Source of the DNA: Gammaproteobacteria bacterium
GTDB taxonomy: Bacteria; Pseudomonadota; Gammaproteobacteria; Ga0077536
Length of the DNA stretch: 64,000 nucleotides
Reading direction: 5' to 3'
Assembly (NCBI GenBank): GCA_965278995.1
Contig: OZ257136.1
Coordinates: 1,491,057-1,555,056, forward strand
Positions 49,545 to 59,297 of the stretch are shown here, piece by piece. The position numbers and the translations under genes were made by a program. The notes below the pieces were generated by a model that had not been told where the DNA came from, made no database searches, and worked only from the letters and a program-made list of their open reading frames with translations. Every line of letters starts with the position of its first letter. Position 1 is the stretch's first letter.

Positions 49545-50344
49545 CGCGACCTCTCTACGCGGGTGCCAGCAAGCTGCTGCAAGGCGACCAGCGGACCGTT
49601 ATCGATGCGGATCAGGCCGCGCCGCGGCCGATCGAGATCGATGATGATGAAAGTAATCATGACGACCAGCAGGGCCAGCACCACTACCACCGCCGGAGGG
49701 CGATGAGCCGCGATCCCGCTTGCGAAACCGACGCTGGCCACGCTGGCCGCGAACGTCGCGAACAATAGATAGAGCACCACTTCGGGCACGTGCTGATCGA
49801 GTGCCGCATTGGTCGCCGCCAGCGCATCGATGAGCGAATTCAGTGCCTGCACATAGGCGCCACTGGTGGCCATTCGATCATCGGCAACAGTAGCAGTCAT
49901 TGCCTGCGACCATAGTTTATCGATGAGCCCACTTGAGTCGGTCAGCAAACGTAACCGCGCAGCGCTGTCGGCCAACGTAGCGCGACTTTCCTCCACCCGG
50001 CTATCGATATAATCACGCAGAGTCGCACGGGCCGTCTCGCGGATGCCGTCGTGCAGGAGATCGAGTCGAAGATACGCCGTGCTGATCGCATTCGCTTCAT
50101 TGACGACCGCTGCACTCCGCCGATCGTAACGCTGCAAGGCCAGCGAAAAGGTAAAGCTCAGGATCAGCGCGAGCAGACCGAGCATCGCGCCTTCCAGCGC
50201 ATTGACCTGAGCCTGCCAGGACTCAGTCGTGCGATGGGCCCGATGGCGTCCTGCTCGATAGCCGAGTTCGAGCGCCCCCAGCATGCACATGAACAGAACG
50301 CCGACGATCAGGGCGCTGCTATGCTGATAGAGCGTTTCGTTCAT
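49541..50344 (-). CDS. membrane protein, DUF4239-like
   Basis: N- and C-terminal TM helices with 'QRYDRR' and 'IDLDRP' motifs. Weak family call. Confidence 0.4.
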   Translation of the reverse strand: MNETLYQHSSALIVGVLFMCMLGALELGYRAGRHRAHRTTESWQAQVNALEGAMLGLLALILSFTFSLALQRYDRRSAAVVNEANAISTAYLRLDLLHDGIRETARATLRDYIDSRVEESRATLADSAARLRLLTDSSGLIDKLWSQAMTATVADDRMATSGAYVQALNSLIDALAATNAALDQHVPEVVLYLLFATFAASVASVGFASGIAAHRPPAVVVVLALLVVMITFIIIDLDRPRRGLIRIDNGPLVALQQLAGTRVERSR

Positions 50345-50414
50345 TGTGCTTTACCGGCCGGGCAGTCGTCGTTCCCCTGGCCGAAAGTACGGGCGCGTGC
50401 CGGTGTCCTGCGCG

Positions 50415-51638
50415 TCAGGTTGCAGGATTGGCGAACAATACGCCCGCCGTCTCCAGCCGGGCGATATCCGCTGCGCTGTAGCCAAGCACCTCGCTCAAGA
50501 CCTCGGCATTATTCTCGCCCAGCGAAGCGGCGCTGAGCGGCGGATTGTGTTCGAACTTGGAGAATCGCAGCGGCATGCCGGGCATCATGACTTCGCCGAG
50601 CTTGGGGTCCTGCACCGCGCGGATGGTGCCGCGATTGCGCATATGCGGATGATTGACGACTTCGGAGATTTTCAATATCGGTGCACAAGGCACTCGTTCG
50701 CGTTCCAGCGCGGCGAGTATGGCCTGGTCTGACGGCATGCTGTCCATCCACGCCTGCACGATGCCGATGACTTCGTCCGCAATTGCGACACGCAGTTCGT
50801 TGGTCGCATAGCGCGGGTCGTCGGCGAGTTCAGGGCGACTGATGGCGCGACACACGCTCGCCCATTGCGGCTGCAGCGAAATCACGCAGATCCAGTTGTC
50901 GCGGCCCTTGAAGATGCCGAGCGGGCAGACGGCGAAATGATGATGACCGGATCGCGTCGGGTTGCAGGCGCCCTGCGTCATGCTGTAGAGCTGGATATTC
51001 AGCTCATGCGAGTGCGTGTAGGCGTCAAGCAGCGAAATATCGAGGAACTGGCCGCCGCCGCCACGTTCGCGGTGCAACAGCGCGAAACCAATGGCGCATG
51101 CGGCATGCACACCGGTGGTGACATCGCCCAGTCCGGCCATCGGCAGTGCGGGTGCACCTTCCGGGTCGCCGATCATGCCGGTAATGCCACTGTAAGCTTG
51201 GGCGATGTAATCGAAGCCAGGCAGCGCGGCGAGTTCGCCGCTCTGACCCAGAGCCGAGATTGAGCACATCACGAGTTCCGGATTGAGCGCGTGCACGACA
51301 TCCCAGCCGAAACCGAGCCGCCCGATGACGCCAGGCGCGAAATTCTCGATGAACACATCGGATTTCTTGATCAGCTCGCGCAGGATGGCTTTGCCTTCCT
51401 CAGACTTCGCATTCAGACAGAGGCTTTCCTTGCCGCGATTCTGCTGCACGTAATACGCGCTGCGACCGTTGCGTTGCGCCGGCAGCACCCTGGCGACATC
51501 GCCGAGCGGCGGAAATTCGACCTTGATCACTTCGGCGCCCATTTCGGCCATCAGACGCGTCGCCGTCGGGCCGGCCAGCACGTGGGTCATGTCGAGGACC
51601 CGATAGCCGTTCAGAATATGCGTGGGTCGCGGTGCCAT
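50415..51638 (-). CDS. family III CoA-transferase (CaiB/BaiF)
   Basis: Start trimmed to 'MAPRPTHILNGYRVLDMTHVLAGPTATRLMAEMGAEVIKVE'. RBS 'ggaggc'. 14 nt downstream of fbiC. Confidence 0.75.
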   Translation of the reverse strand: MAPRPTHILNGYRVLDMTHVLAGPTATRLMAEMGAEVIKVEFPPLGDVARVLPAQRNGRSAYYVQQNRGKESLCLNAKSEEGKAILRELIKKSDVFIENFAPGVIGRLGFGWDVVHALNPELVMCSISALGQSGELAALPGFDYIAQAYSGITGMIGDPEGAPALPMAGLGDVTTGVHAACAIGFALLHRERGGGGQFLDISLLDAYTHSHELNIQLYSMTQGACNPTRSGHHHFAVCPLGIFKGRDNWICVISLQPQWASVCRAISRPELADDPRYATNELRVAIADEVIGIVQAWMDSMPSDQAILAALERERVPCAPILKISEVVNHPHMRNRGTIRAVQDPKLGEVMMPGMPLRFSKFEHNPPLSAASLGENNAEVLSEVLGYSAADIARLETAGVLFANPAT

Positions 51639-51652
51639 GCGGCCTCCAGGGG

Positions 51653-54112
51653 TCAGCGCGTGCCTACCGTCGAACGCAGCAGCGGGCGCCGCTCGAGTCG
51701 CTCGTATTTCCGCGCTGGCGTATTGACTATCTCCGTCAGCGGCGCTGCGCCGAGCGCGCGGCTGAGGCGCTCGGCCGGAACTTCGCCGTAAGTCGTCGTG
51801 CGCTGGCGCGGTTCGCGTCCGCTGGCCGCGATCATCGCCAGCATTTCTTCCGGCGAAGTCTCCTGGCCGTGAGCGGCACCTGCAGCGCGGGTGATGCTCT
51901 CGTTCATCAACGTACCACCGAGATCGTTGGCGCCCGCGTTCAGGCAGGCGACGACACCGGCATGCCCCATCTTGACCCATGAGGTCTGGATGTTGGCGAT
52001 ATGCGGGTGCAGGACCAGGCGCGCAACCGCATGCATGAGGACCGCTTCACGGAACGTCGGGCCTTTGCGCGCGCGGCCTTTGAGATAGAGCGGTGCTTCC
52101 ATATGGACGAACGGCAAAGGGACGAACTCGGTGAAGCCACCGGTCTCGATCTGCAGATTGCGTACATGCAGCAGATGACGCGCCCAATGTTCCAGGTGAT
52201 CGACATGCCCGTACATGATGGTCGCGGTGGTGCGGAAACCGACGCCATGGGCGGCGCGCATGACATCGAGCCATTGCGCCGTGTTGATTTTGTCCGGGCA
52301 GATGATGGCGCGGACTTCGTCGTCGAGTATTTCACCGGCCGTACCGGGCAGCGTGCCGAGACCCGCCTCTTTCAGGCGTTGCAGATATTCCGGCAACGGC
52401 AGTCCCAGCGTCGCTGCGCCCTGCCACACTTCGAGCGGCGAGAACGCATGCACATGCATGTCCGGCACCGCTGTTTTTACCGTGCGCAGGATCTCGAGAT
52501 AGGTCTCGCCGGTGTACTGCGGGTGAATGCCACCCTGCATGCACACTTCCGTAGCGCCGCGTGCCCAGGCTTCCTCGACGCGGCGCGCGATTTCTTCCGG
52601 CGCGAGATCGTACGGTTGCCCACGCAGATTCTCCGACAGCTTGCCTTTGGAGAACGCACAGAACTGGCACTTGAAATAGCAGACATTGGTGTAATTGATG
52701 TTGCGATTGACGACGAAGCTCACAACGTCGCCATTGGTCGCGCGGCGCAGCGCGTCAGCACTCTGGCAGACTGCAGAGAAATCGTCGCCACGGGCACGGA
52801 ACAGCCGAACGATCTCGGCTTCCTGCAGCAGTACTCCGCTGTGCGTGCGCTCGAGAATGCGGGCAACCTCGCTGGATACAGACAACGCAGGCGTATGCAG
52901 CGCGGTGATCACTGCGGACGGCGGCGCGACCTCCTCGCCCGGCGACCAGTCGTCCGTGCGCGGATAACCGTCGGCATCGCTCGCCTGCAATAGCGCGGTC
53001 TGCAGGCGCGCGTCGACCCAACGCGCGCTGTCACGAACATACCGTGGGTACAACGTCAGGCGCTCGTGCAGATGTTTGCCAGCGGCAGCCGTATCGGCGG
53101 CCAGCTGCGCGAGATGCGGCCACGGGGCTTCCGGATTGACATGGTCCGGAGTCAACGGCGAGACCCCGCCCCAATCGTTGATGCCGACGGCAAGCAGCTC
53201 GGGCAGACAGCCAGGACTCAGGTTCGGGGGTGCCTGCAGGCTCATCTCGGCGCCGAACAGGAGGCGTGCCACGCTGAGCGTCCACAGCATCTCCTGCAAA
53301 TCGGGTTCGGGTGCATCATGCATGCGTGTATCCGCCTTGGCGCGGAAGTTCTGCACGATGATCTCCTGAATATGCCCGAACTCGGCGTGGATCGCTCGGA
53401 TCGCAAGCAGCGCTTCGATGCGCTCACGACGCGTTTCGCCAATGCCGATCAGAATGCCGGTGGTAAACGGCACCGCCAGTCGACCTGCAGTTCGCAGCGT
53501 TTCCAGCCGCACAGCCGGCCGTTTGTCCGGTGAACCGTGATGCGGCATGCCTTTCGCGCACAACCGCTCGGACGCCGACTCGAGCATGATGCCCATGCTT
53601 GGCGACACCTCACGCAGGCGCGCGCATTCGTCGGCGCTCAGCGTCCCGGGATTCATGTGCGGCAGGAGCCCGGTCTGTTCAAATACGGCGCTTGCCGCTG
53701 CATGCAGATAGTCAATCGTCGAGCGGTAACCTAATCTGGCCAGCGCATCCCGCGCAGTCTTGTAGCGAACTTCGGGTTTCTCACCGAGCGTGAACAGCGC
53801 TTCCTTGCAGCCGAGTCGTTGGCCGGCACGAGCCAGTTCGACGACTTCGTCGATGCTCATGTACGGGTCGCGCAGACGCTTGGGCGCCTTGGCAAACGTG
53901 CAGTAGTGACAGACGTCGCGACACAATTGCGTGAGCGGAATGAAAATTTTCCGCGAGTACGTGACGCCATTGCCAAAGCCGCGATCGCGCAATGCGGCCG
54001 CAACCGGCATCAGGTGGTCGAGACTGTCGCTCGCAGCAAGCGTCAGTGCGTCGCTGTCAGACGGCGCCAGACCGGCCGCTGCGGCGTCGAGAATACGATG
54101 TAGGTCGGTCAT
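51653..54112 (-). CDS. fbiC: bifunctional FO synthase (CofG+CofH fusion)
   Basis: 819 aa. Two radical-SAM Cys motifs, 'CRDVCHYCTF' (CofG half) and 'CYFKCQFCAF' (CofH half). Confidence 0.85.
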   Translation of the reverse strand: MTDLHRILDAAAAGLAPSDSDALTLAASDSLDHLMPVAAALRDRGFGNGVTYSRKIFIPLTQLCRDVCHYCTFAKAPKRLRDPYMSIDEVVELARAGQRLGCKEALFTLGEKPEVRYKTARDALARLGYRSTIDYLHAAASAVFEQTGLLPHMNPGTLSADECARLREVSPSMGIMLESASERLCAKGMPHHGSPDKRPAVRLETLRTAGRLAVPFTTGILIGIGETRRERIEALLAIRAIHAEFGHIQEIIVQNFRAKADTRMHDAPEPDLQEMLWTLSVARLLFGAEMSLQAPPNLSPGCLPELLAVGINDWGGVSPLTPDHVNPEAPWPHLAQLAADTAAAGKHLHERLTLYPRYVRDSARWVDARLQTALLQASDADGYPRTDDWSPGEEVAPPSAVITALHTPALSVSSEVARILERTHSGVLLQEAEIVRLFRARGDDFSAVCQSADALRRATNGDVVSFVVNRNINYTNVCYFKCQFCAFSKGKLSENLRGQPYDLAPEEIARRVEEAWARGATEVCMQGGIHPQYTGETYLEILRTVKTAVPDMHVHAFSPLEVWQGAATLGLPLPEYLQRLKEAGLGTLPGTAGEILDDEVRAIICPDKINTAQWLDVMRAAHGVGFRTTATIMYGHVDHLEHWARHLLHVRNLQIETGGFTEFVPLPFVHMEAPLYLKGRARKGPTFREAVLMHAVARLVLHPHIANIQTSWVKMGHAGVVACLNAGANDLGGTLMNESITRAAGAAHGQETSPEEMLAMIAASGREPRQRTTTYGEVPAERLSRALGAAPLTEIVNTPARKYERLERRPLLRSTVGTR

Positions 54113-54814
54113 TCAGAGCAGGCGTGAAGCAGCCGCAATCTCGCTGTGGTCGGACCGGCTATTATGCCGGGGCAAGACGCGGCGTGCGATACCGCTGTCG
54201 CAGAGATAGGCAAAGCTTTCGGTCTCGCTGTCATACGTCAGCAGGGTCTGCAGATCGAGCGGCGTGTCGATGTCGAGTGCAAAGCTCGGCAGGAACTTGA
54301 GTTCCGGCGTAATACCGACCGCACTTGCCGCCTGGCAATGCGCGTGAAAGCTGCCGCGACCGAAGTGAAACGGGATTGCATCGACAGGGCTGACGGCCAG
54401 TGCGTTGGTGCCGTCACGCTCCCGGTCCGGCACGACCGTCACCGCCGGCGCGCCGCGATGTGCGCTGATGAGGCTGTCAATGTCGCGCGGCGAGACCAGC
54501 GGAACGTCACCGGGGATCATCAGCATGCCATGCTGGCCGTGCGTCTGGAGCCACTGACCCGCTTGCGCGATGGCCGTTGATAATCCAGTCGCCGTTTCCT
54601 CGACGAACAATCCGCCAACTCTTTCGACGGCATAACGCGCGCGAACTTCGCGCGAAACGACCACGACGCCGGACGCGAGACGGCTTTGCGCGACCGCGCT
54701 CAGGACATCGTTCAACATCGCCTGCGCGAGCGATTCGCGCTCTGCTGCAGACAGCAGCGGCGCAAGCCGCGATTTCGCGTTCGAGTAACGTTTGACTGGG
54801 ACGACGACCCACAT
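54113..54814 (-). CDS. cofC: 2-phospho-L-lactate (or 3-PG/PEP) guanylyltransferase
   Basis: 'MWVVVPVKRYSNAKSRL' N-terminus and an MobA-like NTP-transferase fold. Confidence 0.75.
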   Translation of the reverse strand: MWVVVPVKRYSNAKSRLAPLLSAAERESLAQAMLNDVLSAVAQSRLASGVVVVSREVRARYAVERVGGLFVEETATGLSTAIAQAGQWLQTHGQHGMLMIPGDVPLVSPRDIDSLISAHRGAPAVTVVPDRERDGTNALAVSPVDAIPFHFGRGSFHAHCQAASAVGITPELKFLPSFALDIDTPLDLQTLLTYDSETESFAYLCDSGIARRVLPRHNSRSDHSEIAAASRLL

Positions 54815-54820
54815 GGAGAT

Positions 54821-55762
54821 TCAAAACGACTGGATGAAACCGAGGGCAGTGTGCGCCAGATTGATCCGGTCGTCCAGCGACACCATAAGGCTTTGCGCAG
54901 TCCTTACCTGGAGGCCTTTGGCGGCAATTTGGGGTACCAGCGCGGCATCCGTTTCATCGACGATATAACCCTGAATGAGCGCGCCATAATGGTCGGCAAT
55001 GGCGCTTGCCGAGAGCGGCAGTGAGAGTTCGTTCATGATCTTTGCAGTCGGCCCTTTGACAGCGGCTCCGGCGATGATCGGCGACACCGCGATGATCGGT
55101 GCGCTGCAACGCAACAGCCGTTCACGCAGGCCGGTAATCGCCAATATCGGATCAATGCTCAGAAACGGATTGGAAGGGCAGATGATGATACCCGCGAGCG
55201 CAGGATCTTCGAGTGCCGCAATCAATTCGGGGCTGGGCTCGGCTGTTGTCGCGCCGGTATAGCGAACCGCGCGAATACGCGGAGCGCAGCGTTCGCGCAC
55301 GAAATAGTGCTGGAACGCCAACACGCCCGCATCGGTGTCGAGTTCCGTTCGTACGGCGGCGTCGGTCATCGGCAACGCCTGATGGTGGATTCCGTGTGCT
55401 GTATACAGCGCCCGGGTCACGGCGGTGAGTCCGAGTCCGCTTCGCAACAGTCCGGACCGATAGACATGGACTGCCAGATCGCGATCGCCGAGATTGAACC
55501 AGCCCTCTCCGCCCAGCGCGCGCAGCGTCTCGATGAACTGCCAGCTTTCGTCGACCCGTCCCCAGCCGGTCACCGGATTGGCAAGACCGCATAACGTATA
55601 CATCAAGGTGTCGAGATCGGGTGACACATGCACACCCAGATGTTCGAAATCATCGCCGGTGTTGACGACGAAGGCGAGTTCCTCCGGACCGAGCAGATGC
55701 GTCAGTCCCAGCGCCAGTTTGGCCCCGCCGACGCCGCCGGTCATCGCCAGATAGTGCGCCAT
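54821..55762 (-). CDS. cofD: 2-phospho-L-lactate transferase
   Basis: 'LAMTGGVGGAKLALGL...VVNTGDDFEHLGVHVSPDLDTLMYTL' CofD signature. Confidence 0.85.
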   Translation of the reverse strand: MAHYLAMTGGVGGAKLALGLTHLLGPEELAFVVNTGDDFEHLGVHVSPDLDTLMYTLCGLANPVTGWGRVDESWQFIETLRALGGEGWFNLGDRDLAVHVYRSGLLRSGLGLTAVTRALYTAHGIHHQALPMTDAAVRTELDTDAGVLAFQHYFVRERCAPRIRAVRYTGATTAEPSPELIAALEDPALAGIIICPSNPFLSIDPILAITGLRERLLRCSAPIIAVSPIIAGAAVKGPTAKIMNELSLPLSASAIADHYGALIQGYIVDETDAALVPQIAAKGLQVRTAQSLMVSLDDRINLAHTALGFIQSF

Positions 55763-55770
55763 ACTCAGAC

Positions 55771-56532
55771 TCAGGAAAACAGATCGTCAGCAATCGGGCG
55801 CATGATTTCTGCGGCCGTGCCAGACGTTGCATCGACGGCAAAACCGCGTACCAGTGCGGCCGGCGTGCGTTCAGTGCTCTCACCCATGATCAGGGTGGCC
55901 ATGGCAGCGATCGAATCCGCCCGATTGATCATCGTGACTTTCAATTCGCGGCCGAACATATCGTGCTGGCCGCGCCGATCGTCAAGCACCTGCAGACCGG
56001 CACAGCCGATGGCGCCGCCGGTCGTTCCCAGACGCCATGGCCTGTTCAGACTGTCAGCAATGATGATGCCGACATGCCGCCCGGTCGCCGCTTTCAACGA
56101 CGAATGCAGTGCAGCAGCGCTGGCGTCTGGATCGCGCGGCAGCAGCAGCGCTGATTCACCATCTTCGTGCTCGATGTTCGACTGATCGATACCGGCATTG
56201 GCACCAACATGCCCAAGACGATGACGCACGATGACGACACCGGGTTTACTGCGCATGACGACGTGGGATTCTTCGAGGATGAGTTCGGCCAGGCGCGGAT
56301 CCTTACCGGTCTCCGCAGCCAGAGCAAGTGCGGCTGCCCCGGCGACAACGCTCGCCAGCGGCAGCAGGCGACGCTCGGCCTTGGAGACGATTTTCTGCGC
56401 CACGACCAGGATATCGCCATCGACGAGCGTACAGTCATTGGCGGCGAGCGCCGCCAGCAGCAGTTCGGCAAGATTGTCGCCCGCGCGCACCAGCGGCATT
56501 CCTTCGAGTGTCGATAATGTGATCGCTGGCAT
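55771..56532 (-). CDS. cofE: F420-0:gamma-glutamyl ligase (ligase domain only, no nitroreductase domain)
   Basis: Start trimmed to 'MPAITLSTLEGMPLVRAGDNLAELL'. About 253 aa, CofE-sized. No FbiB C-terminal nitroreductase domain. Confidence 0.75.
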   Translation of the reverse strand: MPAITLSTLEGMPLVRAGDNLAELLLAALAANDCTLVDGDILVVAQKIVSKAERRLLPLASVVAGAAALALAAETGKDPRLAELILEESHVVMRSKPGVVIVRHRLGHVGANAGIDQSNIEHEDGESALLLPRDPDASAAALHSSLKAATGRHVGIIIADSLNRPWRLGTTGGAIGCAGLQVLDDRRGQHDMFGRELKVTMINRADSIAAMATLIMGESTERTPAALVRGFAVDATSGTAAEIMRPIADDLFS

Positions 56533-56872
56533 GGGTTTCCATTCGCTTCGGTGACGTCGCCGGGCCAATGGCCGGTGAATGCTGGACTCCGCGCATGCCC
56601 GACAGGATTCTCCCCTGGCGCCTTGCGGAATTCCCCGGTTACACCGTCATTGGCAATGCTGCTGCAACGTTAATGTAGCAGCCTTTACCGGCAGCCGGCG
56701 ACGTGCCTCGTCGTGTTGCCTGTGCGATATGATGACGCCCAGCCGTATCGGGTAATATTCACGGCCGCTGCGCGCAGCAGCCCAGCACGATTGCAACGGA
56801 GCGTGTCATGTCCCCTGAAATCAGCCCTGAAACCGGCCCAGCGATTTGCCCAGTCATAGGCGAGCTATCGGC

Positions 56873-57745
56873 ATGAAGATCGGTGTATTCCAAATCCTGC
56901 CCGACGGTCGCGGTGACCCCGCCGTCGTCGCCAAAGCAGCCGAGGACCTGGGCTTTCATTCCTACTGGGTACCCGAGCACGCGGTCCTGCCGGTCTCGTT
57001 CGCATCGTCTTATGTCGGCGACCCGGATAGCGACGCACCTCCGCCGCCCGACTACCTGTGGCAGATGCCCGATCCATGGATTGCACTGACTCGCGCGTCG
57101 GCCACCACGTCGCGCATTCGGCTGGGCAGCGGCATTTGCCTGGTGCCCGAGCACCATCCACTGATCCTGGCCAAGGAAGTCGCATCGCTCGATCACTACT
57201 GCGGTGGACGGATCAATTTCGGTATTGGCGCCGGCTGGAACCGTGAGGAGTCGGAACTTTTTGGTGTGGATTTCGATCATCGCTGGGGGCAGACGCGCGA
57301 ATGCATCGAGATCATGAAAGCACTGTGGTGTAACGATGCCGCCGAGTATCACGGCAAGTACTACGATTTTCCGCCGGTGCGCTGCTATCCGAAGCCGGCG
57401 CAGCGCCCTCATCCGCCGATCATGATCGGCAGCTCGGGCTCGCCGCGGGTGTTTCAGCGAGCGGTGACCTGGGGCGACGGTTGGATCCCGGTCATGAAAG
57501 ATCTGGCGGAGTTCGCTGCCGGTTGCCGCGAGATCGACGAGCGCTGTGCCGCTGCCGGACGTGACCGCGCCAGCGTCCACGTTGCACCATTCGCGCTTGA
57601 AGGCCAGTTTCGAACGCCCGAAGCGCGCGACACGGTCTTCGCAGCCGGCGCCGACGAACTGATCATTTGGCTGCAGGCGCGCGAACTGAATGACATTCTG
57701 GATGAACTGAAAGGGCTCGCCGCAAGTTTGCTGGCGCGGGCCTGA
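56873..57745 (+). CDS. LLM family oxidoreductase (paralogue of 46612..47496)
   Basis: Start trimmed to 'MKIGVFQILPDGRGDPAVVAKAAEDLGFHSYWVPEHAVLP'. The 405-aa ORF on the opposite strand was rejected. Confidence 0.65.
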   Translation: MKIGVFQILPDGRGDPAVVAKAAEDLGFHSYWVPEHAVLPVSFASSYVGDPDSDAPPPPDYLWQMPDPWIALTRASATTSRIRLGSGICLVPEHHPLILAKEVASLDHYCGGRINFGIGAGWNREESELFGVDFDHRWGQTRECIEIMKALWCNDAAEYHGKYYDFPPVRCYPKPAQRPHPPIMIGSSGSPRVFQRAVTWGDGWIPVMKDLAEFAAGCREIDERCAAAGRDRASVHVAPFALEGQFRTPEARDTVFAAGADELIIWLQARELNDILDELKGLAASLLARA

Positions 57746-57770
57746 CCACGGCACAACGGGAGTAAACAAC

Positions 57771-58682
57771 ATGGGAATGCTGGACGGTAAAGTAGTTCTG
57801 GTGACGGGAGGCGGCCGCGGCATCGGTCGCGAATTCTGCCTGGCGATGGCACGCGCCGGTGCCCGAGTCGTCGTCAACGATCTCGGTTCGAGCACCGATG
57901 GAACCGATATCGAAGGAACTCCGGCGCAGGAAGTCGTCAGCGAGATCAAGGCCATGGGTGGCGATGCGCGGGCCAACTACGGCAGCGTGTCGAATTACGA
58001 TCATGCACGCGGCATGATTGAAGACGCGATCAGCCATTTCGGCCAGCTCGACGGTGTCATCAACAATGCCGGCATCCTGCGCGACCGCATGTTTCACAAG
58101 ATGAGCATTGACGAATGGCACGATGTCATCAACGTGCATCTGAACGGCAGTTTCTATGTCAGCCGTGCAGCCTCCGATCATTTCCGTGAACGCGAGACCG
58201 GTGCTTACGTGCACATGACGTCGACCTCCGGCCTGATCGGCAATTTCGGCCAGGCCAACTATGCCGCCGCCAAACTCGGCATCGCCGCATTGTCAAAAAG
58301 CATCGCGCTCGATCTCGGGCGCTACAAGGTCCGATCGAACTGCATAGCGCCGTTTGCCTGGACCCGCATGATCGGCACCATTCCCATCACCGACGAAGTG
58401 CAACGCCAGCGCGTCGAACGCCTGAAAGAAATGACACCGGACAAAATCGCGCCAATGGCCGTTTTTCTGCTCTCCGACGCCGCACGCGACGTCACCGGCC
58501 AGATCTTCGCTGTTCGCAACAACGAGATCTTCCTGATGAGCCAGCATCGCCCGATGCGCTCCATGCATCGCGGTGACGGCTGGACCCCGGAGTCTATCGC
58601 CGAACATTGCATTCCAGCCATGAAAGGCGACTTCTACGCGCTCGATCGCTCGCAGGACATCTGGCCTTGGGATCCGGTGTAG
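57771..58682 (+). CDS. SDR-family oxidoreductase, MFE-2-type (3R)-hydroxyacyl-CoA dehydrogenase-like
   Basis: 'KVVLVTGGGRGIGREF', 'NNAGIL' and a 'YAAAK' catalytic YxxxK motif. Confidence 0.75.
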   Translation: MGMLDGKVVLVTGGGRGIGREFCLAMARAGARVVVNDLGSSTDGTDIEGTPAQEVVSEIKAMGGDARANYGSVSNYDHARGMIEDAISHFGQLDGVINNAGILRDRMFHKMSIDEWHDVINVHLNGSFYVSRAASDHFRERETGAYVHMTSTSGLIGNFGQANYAAAKLGIAALSKSIALDLGRYKVRSNCIAPFAWTRMIGTIPITDEVQRQRVERLKEMTPDKIAPMAVFLLSDAARDVTGQIFAVRNNEIFLMSQHRPMRSMHRGDGWTPESIAEHCIPAMKGDFYALDRSQDIWPWDPV

Positions 58683-58749
58683 ATCGACAATGTTTATTGG
58701 CGGTTCAGCGGTGGTCATATCGCGGTCGCGAGCGCTGTGGCGGTGGCCT

Positions 58750-58987
58750 CACCGAGGTTGCAACGCCGTGCAGCGGGTCGCTGGTGGGAATCGTTGGTCG
58801 TTTGGAGAGGGACTGACTGAGGTTGACGCGCCGTGTAGCGATAGCTGTACCGAGGTTGCTGCACTGTGCAGCGGTAGCTGTATCGAGGTTGATGCGCTGT
58901 GCAGCGGGTCGCTGGCCGCGTCGATCTTTCGAAGACGGTATGACCGAGGTTGCTGCGCCGTGCAGCGGGTCGCTGGCGGGAACAGGG
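58750..58987. repeat. degenerate ~33-bp tandem repeats (consensus about ccgaggttgcNgcgccgtgcagcgggtcgctgg, 5 copies, 3 directly adjacent)
   Basis: Read directly in the 615-bp intergenic region. Confidence 0.6.
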
Positions 58988-59297
58988 GCTGGCTACCGTT
59001 ACGCTATCCATCCCTGGATGGCTCCACTACCGCGCGCGCGGCGCTATACCATCCATGGCCCGCTTGCGCGCGAGGCGCGCCTGCCCCTGTTCCCGCCACC
59101 GACCCCCACAAGGTCGAGGGTTCACGTTCTGCTCATCCGGTCAGCACCCCGAGCTTTTTGCGGCGCAACCGATCAGACGGCGCTAATGAAGATCTGCCAT
59201 CGTGCGGCCTCACCACGCACCCACGTCGAGAATCTGATCAACGCCGAACGAAGGCGACAATCCAATTCGATTCTGAACTTGTACATGAGACGATGAC

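Noticed and set aside
55771-56568. Looked for a C-terminal nitroreductase (FbiB-type) extension on CofE or a separate dehydro-F420 reductase
   Set aside because: CofE ends at about 253 aa and no nitroreductase-fold ORF is in the operon. Taken as consistent with a 2-PL/3-PG route rather than as a missing gene.
56759-57976. 405-aa ORF on the minus strand covering the LLM gene
   Set aside because: It is Arg/Ala/Pro-rich GC-frame noise. The plus-strand ORF has a clear LLM signature and a paralogue at 46612.
58750-58987. Possible CRISPR array from repeated 'ccgaggttgc...cagcgggtcgctgg' units
   Set aside because: Repeats are degenerate. Three are directly abutting without spacers, spacing is irregular, and no cas genes are nearby. 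It behaves as a tandem or REP-like repeat, not CRISPR.
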